Assembly (NCBI GenBank): GCA_030704615.1
Contig: CM060731.1
Coordinates: 23,684,001 to 23,748,000, forward strand
Source of the DNA: Takakia lepidozioides
Taxonomy: Eukaryota > Plantae > Bryophyta
DNA: 64,000 nucleotides
Reading direction: 5' to 3'
The notes below the pieces were generated by a model, which worked only from the letters and a program-made list of their open reading frames with translations, had not been told where the DNA came from and did not search any database. Numbering within the stretch: position 1 is the first letter of the stretch; each line of letters starts with the position of its first letter. A program made the translations under genes and the position numbers. Positions 36,301-48,231 of this stretch are shown in pieces.

Positions 36301-37294
36301 CATCTTCACTAACCCGATGTTCTTTCTCGACGATCATATCTTGCGCGAAAAAAAATAGATGTAACTTTCGACAAACTTGAAACCAGCAAATCTCCAATTG
36401 AATATGCTATCCATGTCCACCTATGACGATGCAGAGATCATAAAGGAGATTCAGGAAGCACTGAAGAGCGACCAATTTGCTACGACACTACGAAATCAAC
36501 TAAATTGACCTCGAGACAACCCACATATTACAAACGACTTCGAATTCAAAGATGGTTTACTTTATTTCAAGGGACTTCCCTATGTACCTCCAGGACCTAC
36601 ACGACTTCGAATTCTTCAAACATGTCATGATCTTCCGGCTGTAGGACATTTCGGCTTCAACAAAACAATGGAATTGATATCCGGGGACTATTGGTGGCCG
36701 CAGATGTGGAAACTCGTGAAAGAATTTATAAAATTTTGCGACACGTGTACTAGAGCGAAGGGACCACGACATCGACCTTACGGTTTTCTTCAACCATTAC
36801 CCATTCCCAAGGGTCCATGGTCGTCGGTGTCTATGGATTTTATTACGGACCTTCCAATTTTCAAGACCACCGATTCAATCCTTGTTATTGTAGATCGTTT
36901 TACGAAGATGACACGTTTCATTCCATGTAATAAGACGGTTACCGGCGAGGAAACTGCACGACTCTTCCTCAATAATATCTACCGCATTCATGGACTCCCG
37001 AAGAACATCGTATCTGATCGAGGACCACAGTTCATATCAAATTTCTGGAGGGGATTATTTCACATATTGGATACGAAGATCAACCTGGCTACAACTAATC
37101 ATCCACAGACTGATGATCAAACCGAACGCTTAAACCAGATTTTGGAGCAATATCTTCGCTGTACGATAGATTATCACGAAGATAATTGGACGGACCTTCT
37201 ATCATTGGCTGAGTTTGCCTACAACAACACTATACATTCTTCGACCAAGCAAACTCCATTTTTCTCCAATTATGGTCATCATCCTCGAGCAAAC

Positions 37295-37658
37295 CAATGT
37301 TGGGCGGTTATTTGAATTTCTCTCTAATACCCGGCGGTTACCTATCCAGTTATATATATATATATATATATATATGACCGGCGAAGGTGAAAAAAAGAAG
37401 TAACCGGTCCAGTTAGGAACAGGCGGAGGTCACGCATTCAAATAACTGAGCAATAAACCTCTTAAAGAACCGCCCAATACCCGTGGTTATTTGATGAAAA
37501 TCACCGGTTATTTGAGATTTTTGTAAGTAACCGTAACCGCTGAGGTTATATTTAGCCATAAAAAATTTAATAACCGCAACCGCGGTTAATAGTTTCCTAA
37601 AATTCGAAACAACCGAAACCGCCAGTTATGAAAAAAATCAAATAACCGCCTAACATTG
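37295..37658. mobile_element. hAT-type MITE inside the chromovirus integrase
   Basis: TIR caatgttgggcggttatttga / tcaaataaccgcctaacattg; perfect 8-bp TSD gagcaaac (37287-37294, 37659-37666); many aaccg subterminal motifs. Confidence 0.92.
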
Positions 37659-39387
37659 GAGCAAACCCTTTCTACATGAAGACTGTTGGAAGCGTTGCTG
37701 CAAAAAACCTTGCTACTCATCTTGCTACGATTCACAAGGAGATTACATTCCACCTCGCAGAAGCTCAAAAACAATACAAGCAGTATGCAGATTAACATCG
37801 CCGACTCCAACCCCAGTTCAAGGTCGGAGATCGTGTGTGGCTTCTTCGACGGGACATATAAACCTCGCGACCATCAAGGAAGTTGGATTATCAAAATTAT
37901 TCGACAAATAAATCCAGTCAGTTTTCGACTTGAACTCCCACGAAGTATGCACATCCATCTAGTCTTTCATGTTTCATTATTTGAGTTGTATCATCCATCG
38001 AATATTCCAAGGAGAGTCTCCGTACCACCTCCACCAATCGAAGTCAATCGGGAAATCGAGTATGAAGTCGACGAAGGCCTAGACTCTCGCATCAAGTATA
38101 AATGTCTCGAGTATTTCGTACATTGGAAAGACTAAGATATCAACGAATGAACATGGGAACCTTCATCCAACCTCCAATGCATCTGACAAAGTCCAAGAGT
38201 TTCATCAACGATATCCAGCTAAGCCCCAAGCTACACGTCAATAAGACGTCACAACGATGATGTCAGCCAAGTTAGCTTCAAGGTGAAGACTCCACATTCA
38301 GTGTACCTGATATACGTTAAGGTGGGAGGAGCACCACACATCAGTACATATAGCTACACTTCCAGCACTCTTGCATCTTGTATTGGCAGCATGGAGTCAC
38401 AAGAACTAGATACATTGGAGCTGTCGCTTAACCGACTAACAGATCAGCCGTTCCGACTCTCACGACCTTCAACATCACGCCGACGCTCTCGAGACGATGG
38501 GCCACCAATGTGACGCGTACTTTCTCGTCTGGACCCCGTATGATGGCAAGGGGAGCCTACTCGCCAAGTATTTGGCTCTTCGTTCTTGACTCAAATGATT
38601 TATAGGTCCCTGCAACCATCGATAGTGTCCAACACCTTCAACTTGAGACCACGCAGTGATTTGAGCATTCTGATTTTCGAAGCTGCCTTCAAACATGATT
38701 TCGTTGCCCTCTGGGTCCAAAGCCTTAACCTCCAACAAGATTATCAGATAAGTATCATTCGCTGGATTTTGGATTTTCTCCAACTCTAAGCAAGTCCAAG
38801 ATTTTACCGCTCATCTTGGAACTCGGCGCTAGAGGAGGGGGGTGATGTCACGGACATAGCCCAGAGGAACTTACTAGGAATAAATACCAGAAGTTACGAA
38901 GTTACCAAGTTACCATGTTATCATGTGATTTACTATGATCAACCATGAGTTACCAAGTTACCGGGAGTTTACCAAATTACCGAGAGTAACTTGGGAAACT
39001 GCTCAAGAAACTTCATTTGGAAGAAACTTCTCCATCAAGAAACCTCAATTGGAGAAGCTTACCGGGGAATTTCCTAGTAGCCAGTATATTTAGGAGGCGA
39101 GACTAGACACTCTTCAGTCTTGCCAACACAAGTTCAAACTACTCTTGTTTCCAGTTCCAGTACTCCAGTTCAGCTTCCAGTACTCTAGCCCAGTTTCCAA
39201 CATTCCAATATTCAAGTCGAGTTCCAATATCTTGTACTCTTGTCCATTGTTATAATGATCATCTTGATTCATGTTTACCCATGATACATTCGGCCACGCC
39301 GACCTTGACTTCTTGTCTAGTCTTGTACCTCTAGTCTGATTTCTTGTTTGTGTTCAGTCGTGTTCAGTCATGTTCTCGTCCTTGACA

Positions 39388-40257
39388 ACCACATCTTTTT
39401 CCATCACCTTAGTGCCTACTATGCTCCATAACCTACAATGCACGTGATACCCGACCGCACCTCCTGAGCCAATGTACACATCCGGTCATCCATGGTCTTC
39501 GTATCACTCGACACAACCAAACAGTCTGGCATCTCCACAAACTATTCACAAACGCGCCGAAACCCGATGGTTCACACTCATTTACGCCGATACCTTCCAG
39601 GGGAGGCAACCAGACCACACTGTGCTGCCATGGTTTATACCATCACATGCACCCAACCACCCTGCTCATGCCCCGCCCGGCTATGCCCGGACATACTCAT
39701 TATCTAGGGACTACCCGTTAATGCCTCACCACCTACCTCACCATCCCCACAGTTCATCATCCACTTTATTGAGTTTACATTCTGCCACGATCGATACCCC
39801 AACGATTCAATCTTAGAAAAACGACAAAAATACGTCCCACTCATTCTTGCAATTTGTCGACAAGGATGGAAGACTGGCCCACTCACAGTCGTCGCTGCTG
39901 GAACTCGGGGCGACATACACTACGCCAGTCTCAATGATTTACATGATAACTTCAAAATACCCATTCTCCCAATCCATCAATGCTTCAAAGCAATCCACCT
40001 TACAGCTCTCTGCTCCTTTACAACCATTATCACCAACAAATGCCAACTCGAAGCTAGCTTTTCTAGTGCATCCTGGGTCCCCCTGGGAACCCAGGGGGTT
40101 CATAGCAGACCCCTCCCTCTCTCTCCTCGGTTACCTGATGTACCATAGGACACCCTTTCTTTTATAGAGCCCACCTCCGAAAGGGGGCAGTAGCCGCAAG
40201 GCGAAGTGACTCTTAGTTACGCCGGCTACGGTCGGAGTCTTCTCTCTCTCTCTCTAG
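39388..40257 (+). mobile_element. LINE 3' part: CCHC knuckle, restriction-like endonuclease (RLE), structured 3' UTR and (CT)n tail
   Basis: Removing the chromovirus restores RKHIFWP|HLFPSP*CLLC..DTRPHLLSQC..ITRHNQ. Then RLCPDILII (PD 39687-39692), IEFTFCHDR, KRQKY, GW..VVAAGTRG (frameshifted). Confidence 0.88.
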
Positions 40258-41100
40258 CTGTGAGAGAACGGAGCGCCGTGAGGTGGATAGCTTTACAACA
40301 TTTGTGTATAGGGGGATTTGGGATTTTAAAGTTCTTGTAGAGTGCAGAAACTAACATTGTGGATGTCATCTTTGGTTTTGGCAGTGATGACGGTTAGAGG
40401 GCCGGTACTGGTCCAACCTCATTGGCGGATAGCTAGGATAAGCGAAGCATATTTTTGTCGTTTGTCGAGGAGCTGGGCTAGCGATCGTGGCAGTCCGTGA
40501 ATTCAATAAAGTGTATGGTGAGGTTTGGGGATGGGGCATTGGGTGGCGTGGCGTTTATGGGCAGACCCTGTACAAGCAGGATATCCGGGCATAATCTAGT
40601 GGGGCATGTGCAAGGTGAACTCGTGGGGCCGACAAGTACATGGGAGTAGCCATTGTGGTACAGAGTGATCAGGAGGTCTGCCTTGGTAGGTACCGGCGTT
40701 AATGAGTGAGAACCAGCGAGTTTCAATGCGGCGTAAGAGAAGTTTGTGCCAGACTATAATAGGGCCCACCCTCAAAAAGGGGCAGTAGCCGCGAGGTGAA
40801 GTGACTCTTAGTTACGCCGGCTTCGGCCGGTGTCTTCTCTCTCTCTCTATCTGTGCCAGACTGTATGGTTATGTCGGGTTATACAAGCCATGAATGACGG
40901 GGTGAGTATATTGGCTGAGGAGGTGGGCCAGGTATCATGGACCATGTGGGTGTGTTAGCAAAGTGGACAGTTCGGGGATGCGTATAGAAGTGGCTAGAAG
41001 ATGTGTTTGCGTTGGCAAAAGTCCCATCCAACTGAAACACAATTTTTTTATGTAGGACCTTTGGTGTGGAATGATGTATACAATGATCGCAAGAATCTGC
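40258..41100 (-). mobile_element. Fragment of a related RLE-bearing LINE on the minus strand
   Basis: CTCPTRLCPDILLVQG..IHFIEFTDCHDR (ORF 40478-40726) parallels the plus-strand copy. Confidence 0.8.
40759..40851 (+). mobile_element. ~95-bp 3'-end-only retrocopy of the LINE structured tail
   Basis: Homologous to 40147-40257; flanked by duplication tgtgccagact (40745-40755, 40852-40862). Confidence 0.85.
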
Positions 41101-41475
41101 AATCAAAGTAACATTTGTGGGCACTTAGAAGCCAAGGGCTCAGTAGAGCAACTTGGGGTCAATTTGCCCCCCATACTTCATCTACAAGCACCCCCTCCCC
41201 CTATATTTTTGGTGGTTCATTCTGATATTTGCTGAGAGCACATGGTATATGCCCCAAATCCAGAATATGGAGGCCAATCACTCAACAAAAATTTGTAACT
41301 GGTTTTCAATTCGTTTTTAATTTATGGTATGTTGTTTTGGTATAATATCCCATTTACAACGATCAAATCTCCTAAGATTTTCTCCTTGTTGATCTTGTCA
41401 GTAGGGATGTCATTGTCTGGATCATCCATGTGAATGTATGGGTTTAGGAAGTTATAGCTAGGCAACGTAGGGTAT

Positions 41476-42042
41476 ATAGTGCGGGTCCGGGTTTTGGACA
41501 TGGGTACCCGGCGGATACGGACCGAGACCCGTGTAATCTCAAAAAACCCGACCCCGGACCCTAAAATGAACCCAGACCCGGACCCGCTTGCTAGGTCTAA
41601 AACCCGTTAAACACGCCAAGTCCAGAACCCGTTAAACCCGCTACCCATGGCCTGTATAGCATAACAGGTCAGGGTCCGGGCTTTAACTTTTAATAAACAA
41701 ATAAATAAATAAATAGAAATTGTTTCTAAAAATTAAAAATGTATTATTTATCGGACATTTATTTATTTAAATATGATAGAAAAAATTATTTCTAATTAAT
41801 CTTATTTTTTTAATTTATTTAATCAATTAATCAGGACCCGGATCCGAACCCATGAACCCGTCAATTTTTTCCAGCAACTACCCGGACCCGGACGAGACTC
41901 CGTCTTCAAAAACCCGGACCCGAACCCGGACCGGGATTTTCCAAATTTCAAAAACCCAAATCCGGACCCGGAGTAGGCTCCAAAAAAATACCCCGACCCG
42001 GACCCGGCGGGTTCCTTAAAAAGGCACAACCCGCACAACACT
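41476..42042. mobile_element. Probable hAT-type MITE rich in (g/a)acccg repeats
   Basis: Ends agtgcgggt... / ...acccgcacaacact, gtatat on both flanks, dense gacccg motifs, AT-rich core. Confidence 0.6.
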
Positions 42043-43399
42043 CGTATATACAGTTTTTGTCGAAAAGCACGTTTTGTCTTGTGGCAACATTTCCTCTACC
42101 TAGCAATCCAGTCTGCATAGGAATGGTAGGGGTCCGCGCTAGATAGGATGAGGTGGCGAGAATGAACAAATAGTGTTATTTTCTTGACCCGTAGTCTGTG
42201 ATATGATGATTTATGTGAGATGAAGTGAGTAGAGAATGGGAGATAAGTATATACGATGTGGGGAGTAACGACGTGATAATGGTAATTGTCATGGTAAATA
42301 TCATGGTAATTGTCATGATAATGGTGATAGTCATGGAGTAAAGTCATGGAGTAAAAGTATTTGTGTAAAATTGTTTGAGGAGAGTAGTGCATGCTTGAAA
42401 TTGATAGAACGAGAGATGGTCACTTTGCCCACATTGCTTGTTGAGAGGAGGACGGAGATGTTTGATAGTCCGTGTTTGGGAGAGAGCCTGTAAAACAGAG
42501 ATGAGGGTTAGATCGATGTACAGTCAGTGCGAAGCAAATATGGGGGGCTACATTTTGGAGCGCGCGGGGTACATTAAGGCAGCACTAGTAAGGGAGAAAT
42601 AGATAAGTTGAGTTGGTGACCTGTGCTGAGACTAAGCTCAGGCAGATATAAATTGAGAGGTCTTGTACTTAGATAAGTAAATTGTGTTACCATGGATGGC
42701 GGTTGACATGGGGAAGTCTGATGAGATTGCTGGTCTTGAGCAACAGAGTGCCTTTGGAGTTTGTGTGGCTGATCCTGCTGGACAGTGGGTTGCCACTTGA
42801 ATTTGGGAGGCCATCTAGGACATAATAACTGTACATCAGAGAGTGATGACAATATATTGTATGCAATGCGAAGTATTTTTATCAAGGAGGAGGGGAGTAG
42901 CCAAGACTGGGGAGAGGGGTGAGTGTGCTCCCTGAGAGTAAAGCGACATTGAGATGATTGGGGATGAAGGTGGAGCCGCCACTGCTACCACTGCCAGGGC
43001 TCCGGAGTGCTCTTACTGGCAGCTGCCTTCCTGATGCTGTTGTGCTGGTGCTGAGGATGCATTGAGGCACGGGCAGGGACGATGATCCAGCGGGAAGACA
43101 TGCGAGTGGAGGGAGTGGTGGGCGAGCTGGGAAGGTTGAGAGGCCAACAGTTCGGGGTGGCGCCGTCCTTAGGGCAATGCTGCTTGGAAGAGAGAGTCAC
43201 TCGAGCATGGGAGTAGCTTTTGAAGTCCCAAACATAAGACAGAGCGCTGTTTGCTGCGACAGCAGGGCTCTTCATAGAGCAAAAATACTCAGACTGGTGT
43301 CTCACATGAGCTGTGCTATGGAGCCTTTGTAGCAGGAAGTTACTGATGGCTGCAATCCTGTCATGTTTCCTGAAGCACTTGACATGCGTCCCTGATGGG

Positions 43400-43999
43400 G
43401 TGAGCGACCACAGAGATGATATGAGGTGAGAGGGTTCCCTGCGGTAATAAGCCCCATGTGCTTGTTTTGTACTCCATGGTTATAGGTCCGTTCGTGTCAG
43501 ATTGACCCTGGGAACGTGAGCAATATTTTGCTCACAAAATTTTCTGCTCTCGTGAGCTGCTCACACTCTAGCATTCCCCCTTGCGAATGGGCACCTGCAC
43601 TTGCTTTGAATCAGCTCTCTTAACATGGATCATATGTCGCTGGATGCCCAGCAGGGCATCTGTTTGCTGCAACCAATCCAAGCCAAGTAACAATAGCTGA
43701 CAATGGCCAATACATCAGCTGCACATGCATCTTGCTAAAGCTATGGTGGCCTTCACTAAACCCAAGGGAGAATAGGTGGTACTATCAACAATGGTGACAG
43801 ACAGGCCCTTAGCACTCATGAGCTTGCTACCCATAAGTTGAACAAGTAAGTGTGGAAGGGTAGTGACAGTACAACCTGTATCTATAATACATGAATGGGA
43901 TATGTCATTCATGGTACATCTAGCAATCCATGGTTGGGCAGTGGTTTTCCTACCAGCCTTGGCACTCCTACAATTAAAAATTTTGAACTCTCGACACAT
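43400..43999 (-). pseudogene. Retroelement aspartic protease remnant
   Basis: SCIIDTGCTVT (DTG) followed downstream by LLLGLDWL. Confidence 0.6.
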
Positions 44000-44020
44000 G
44001 TTTGCCCCCTATCTCCACCA

Positions 44021-44458
44021 TGTAATTGTCGTCATATAACTATTCGTGGTTAGCACGACAGGGGAGGTTGTGCATGTTGTGGGACTTAGTATTGAGCATG
44101 CGATCAAGCCAAACCTAGCGGTGTTGTCAAAGAAGATGAGGCACAGCGTCTAAGTCCCCTGGTGTACTTGGTCTCTCAGTTGACAATATACGAATACTTT
44201 GAAGAAGTTGTCACACACAGTAGATCACACAGCCTTGTACACAAAATCACACCACCCTGTAGAGGTCCGGTAGTGTCTTTTATACTAATCAGCTTATACC
44301 GTTATACAACAGCCAAAAGCCTTAAGTATTTGTCAGAGTGATCTGTCATCATCTGACTCACGTTCAACAGCACTGTCTAGGTAGTTATACCACCAGATCT
44401 GAACAAGGATATCTAACTCGTTATAGGCGGTGTATATATATATATATATACAATAACA
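44021..44458 (-). repeat. Possible LTR of the protease-bearing remnant
   Basis: TG...CA bounds; minus-strand tggtggagat next to 44021 resembles a tRNA 3'-end-complementary PBS. Confidence 0.3.
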
Positions 44459-45033
44459 TTAAGGTGTTGTAGACCCAAATCAATACTACCTACTTCCAAT
44501 TTTTTTTAAATAAAGATAGTCTTAGAAACTTAGTCAAAAAAATTAAAAAAAAAATTAAAAAAAAAAAAAGTGGGACGAAGGCCCTGTTAACATACTACCT
44601 TCTAATGTTAAGTCCAAGCTACTTTTATAATTGTTGCCCAAGTCAATAAAACCCCCACTTTTGGCAATAAAATATAGACGCCTCCGAAGGGACGGTAAAT
44701 TATGGTGCCTCTTCACAACAAGGGCTACCACCTTCCAGCTGAAAGGTGGACACCTTCATGACACACCAGACTGCGGTTTGAACCCACAACCACATCCAAC
44801 CTGGTATGTGCCCATTACCACTAGGCTACATGTTGGGTGGCAAACACACCAAATAAAGGTTAGGGATGAACGGAGCAGTAATCACAAGGTGAAGTGCCTC
44901 TTAGTTACGCCAGCTCTGCCCCAAGTCTTCTCTCTCTCTCAGGGATGAGCTCAAAGCATGATACAACAAAAGAGGACCATCCAAAGCAAACAAGGCACAT
45001 GAAGAAGACACGTGAAAGACACACATGAAGCGG

Positions 45034-45321
45034 CAGTGTTTATAAATCTAGCGAAAAATCGCCAGATTTCGACCTGAAAAATGGGTCGACTACCTTTATA
45101 AAGGAATTACAGGAGTAAAAATAAAAAAATTCGCCAGAAAGCACCATTGGTTAAATTTCTGGAGCCAAAATTTTCCTACGTGGACCTATTAAATATGACA
45201 CCTGTTATATAGCTACATTTCTAACCTTGCCACCTCGTTATTCTCGCCATATGGGCACTGGGTAGAATTTACATGTAGCCTTTGTGGTGATTTAGGAAAA
45301 GTTTAAAAAAAAAACACACTA
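45034..45321. mobile_element. Probable hAT-type MITE
   Basis: cagtgttt...aaacacacta termini; 8-bp near-duplication tgaagcgg/agaagcgg; tcgcca motifs. Confidence 0.5.
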
Positions 45322-47160
45322 AGAAGCGGCTAGACGGGTATGGCTCCTTGTTGCGAATAGTGAAATCTACTTTCATCCATAATAAACCTCATCCCTTTAT
45401 TTTTCATAAAGTATTAGGATAGCCTATGCCGTTGGCCCACGTGTTTAGTGTCATCTAAGTCCAAGTGCAATCCCCTATGTATCCAAGTAAGTATGCTATG
45501 TTGGGGGCATTTGAGCCCAAGTGCAATATTCTATGTACCGAAGTGCATCTCCCATGTACCCTGCACATGTCTTTTTGGTTGACATGCCTTGCTCCGGAGG
45601 GACAGCCTGGGCAACCCCATCAAACTACCCTGCACATGTCTTTTTGGCTGACATGCCTTGCTCTGGAGGGACCGCCTGGACAGACATACACCACCTTACC
45701 CTCACGCCATAAATGCAGGCAGTCGTGTTTTTTAGTCACTCCAGCATGTCCGGCCGGGCCTAGAGGGCCTATATCCAGGAGAAAAGTAGGGTGCGGACCA
45801 GGTCCGGGGGCTCCTTTGCCGTTGCTAGGGCATTTATGGACCCCCCTGGAGATGCTCTTAGATTACACATGCTTGGGCCTCTAGTTTGATGGGGTTGCCG
45901 CTAGGGGAGGGTAGTGTTGGAGGCCGTAGGAGGTTATCATTGCAGTGTACCCCCGGTGGAGATGCTCTAAGCCCAAGTGCAATCTCCTAGTATCCAAGTA
46001 CTTCTCCCATGTCAAGGCACAATTAATTCTTTTCCATGAATTTAATTGAATAATAATATATCCAATCATTATTGATATATCGCTTGTTGAGGCTCCAATC
46101 ATTGTCCCAAGAAAGCCCACTTTGCTATTTTTCCCGAATTTCCAACGACCAAAAGTACTTGAAATTCCACATCTCCTCCTCCTCTCACGGAGGGCTTTCC
46201 AACGGTACCAAGCACCACAGCTGGGCCTTGCGGTTCGGGACATCTCAATATCTCAACACTACAAAACAAACAAACGAACAAACGGCAATTGGCTCTCTTG
46301 CTTTGCTTTGGCACAACATAAGAGGAAGGTAAGACTAGGGAGCATGACTCAGCAAAACACACCAATCAGCGTCTTGACACCTGACACCATGTAAGGTACT
46401 TTCTCCATTGACTTGCATATCTCCGCAAAGTCTCTCTCTATGAGAGAGTCAACAAACTACCTTGCTTCATATATTGATTCAATAAGAAACATGTTATTTG
46501 AGGGATTACCTTGAGAAACATACGAGTAAGTAATTTTCAGCAAAGGAGAGGAGATAATGGCACAACTGGGGCTTAGCAATTTTTGACACCGATGCGTATA
46601 AAGAGAAGCCTACAAAGAGGTAGAACAAAGGCTAAAAGACTACCTAGTCAAGGATGGGGGCTCAGCTAGAAACCATGACTAGTTAAAATCATGAGAGCCC
46701 ACAAAGTAAGAAGCAAAAAAGGAAACAAGCCACAAGAGTCAAAAGCATCCATTTAGCAAGCGGATTTTTTCAACGCTAGAAGCTGAGCCTTGCATCCCAG
46801 TGAGGGGCTTGCGTCCCACTGACTTAGAGCTGGTATTCAAAGGAGTCACGGCAGCAGCGGGGGTTTGGAGTTTGGAGCTCTTGTCAATCGGTGGGTCAGA
46901 TCGCTGGAGAAGTGCTTCGGCATAGCGAGATACTACAATTCATAGCAACCCGGACACTGAAGCATTGCTTGGAAGAAACCTGGCTCCATTGACATACTGA
47001 CAGAAATGTATGAAAGAATGAGAAAGAAAGCTGGGCAGTAGTCTTAGTGCTGACACAGGGTCCCAAAGTAGGTGGTGAGGAGTAGTAAGCAGTAGAATTG
47101 TACTGTCGCTCCGAGCATATAGCAGCTAGCTTGAGAGGAGAAGAATAGCTGGGGTTGGCG

Positions 47161-48231
47161 ATGGCAGGCAGAGTGGTACAGGTGGCGCAGGATGGCAGTG
47201 GGCACTTCAACACCGTGCAGGCTGCCATAGACGCCGTTCCTCTCTGCAATACGCAGCGGATCGTCATTCAGCTGGCACCCGGCGTGTATCGGCAGCCCAT
47301 CTATGTGCCTAAGACCAAGAATCTTATCACTCTCCAGGTATGCCCTGCGATCTAGCTCTCCTTGTGTTGAATGAAAACGTGCTTTGGTATAGCATGGGAA
47401 GATTCACAATTGTCGTCGCCTAAACACATGATCCCGATCGAGCTGCAGGCCGCTTGTCCGCATAGCACCATCCTGACTTGGTCCAACACCGCCACTAGCA
47501 TCGAGCACCATCAGGCATCCCGCGTGATAGGAACGGGTACCTTTGGCTGCGGGTCTGTCATTGTGGAGGGTGAGGACTTCGTAGCCCAGGGAATTACCTT
47601 CGAAAATGCCGCACCACAGGGATCAGGTCAGGCTGTGGCGATCAGGGTAACTGCGGATCGGTGTGCATTCTACGGGTGTCGCCTCCTAGGCTGGCAGGAC
47701 ACGGCATACTTGCATTATGGCAAGCAATACTTCAGAGATTGTTACATTGAGGGCAGCGTGGACTTCATCTTTGGTAATGCACAGGTGCTGCTGGAACACT
47801 GCCACATCCACTGCAAGTCTAACGGCTTCATCACTGCCCAACAGCGCCGCAATTCCTCGGAACCCACGGGCTATTTGTTCTTGAGGTGTGTGGTCACTGG
47901 CACTGGCTCCGGTTCCCCTTACATGCATCTGGGCCGGCCATGGGCACCATGCGCCCGAGTCATATTCGCTTACACCTGGATGGATTCCTGTATAGTGCCC
48001 GTTGGCTGGAACAATTGGAATGTCAAAGCCAACGAGAAGACAGCCTGCTTCATGGAATACAGGTGCTCAGGTCCCGGAAGCAACACATCCAAACGTGTCC
48101 CATGGGCTTCGCAGTTGGAGGATGTTGAAGCAACCAAGCTGCTTTCTGTTGATTTTATTGATTCCCAGAGATCATGGTTGACAAATCCAGCCAAGAATGC
48201 TCCCTATATCCCCATTCCGTTGTCAGCTTAG
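47161..48231 (+). CDS. PME31: Pectin methylesterase, PME31-like (no signal peptide/PRO domain); exons 47161-47337 and 47449-48231
   Basis: VAQDGSG..VQAAID, GVYRQ, HHQASRVIGTGTFGCG, QAVAIRV, GWQDT, EGSVDFIFG, LGRPW; clean GT-AG intron 47338-47448. Confidence 0.93.

Larger units (their letters stand above)
32532..39387 (+). mobile_element. Full-length decayed Tcn1-type chromovirus (Ty3/Gypsy) with LTRs 32532-33152 and 38846-39387
   Basis: Similar LTRs starting tgtcacggac; TSD gccac/accac; PPT gaggagggggg; gag (ALSWFAPLL..LRQG, DPMQID), protease FLDSGAS, RT FLDDILIFS, RNase H, integrase SMDFIT/VSDRG, chromodomain EYEVDE..YFVHWK..TWEP. Many stops. Confidence 0.95.

Noticed and set aside
40147-40257. 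Hammerhead or HDV ribozyme
   Set aside because: No CUGANGA/GAAA core or HDV pseudoknot pattern could be identified by eye.
44765-44830. tRNA gene (minus-strand ggttcaaacc B-box-like)
   Set aside because: No complete cloverleaf; at most a tRNA-derived SINE remnant.
47161-48231. Signal-peptide-less PME as a novelty
   Set aside because: This is the known property of the PME31 subfamily.
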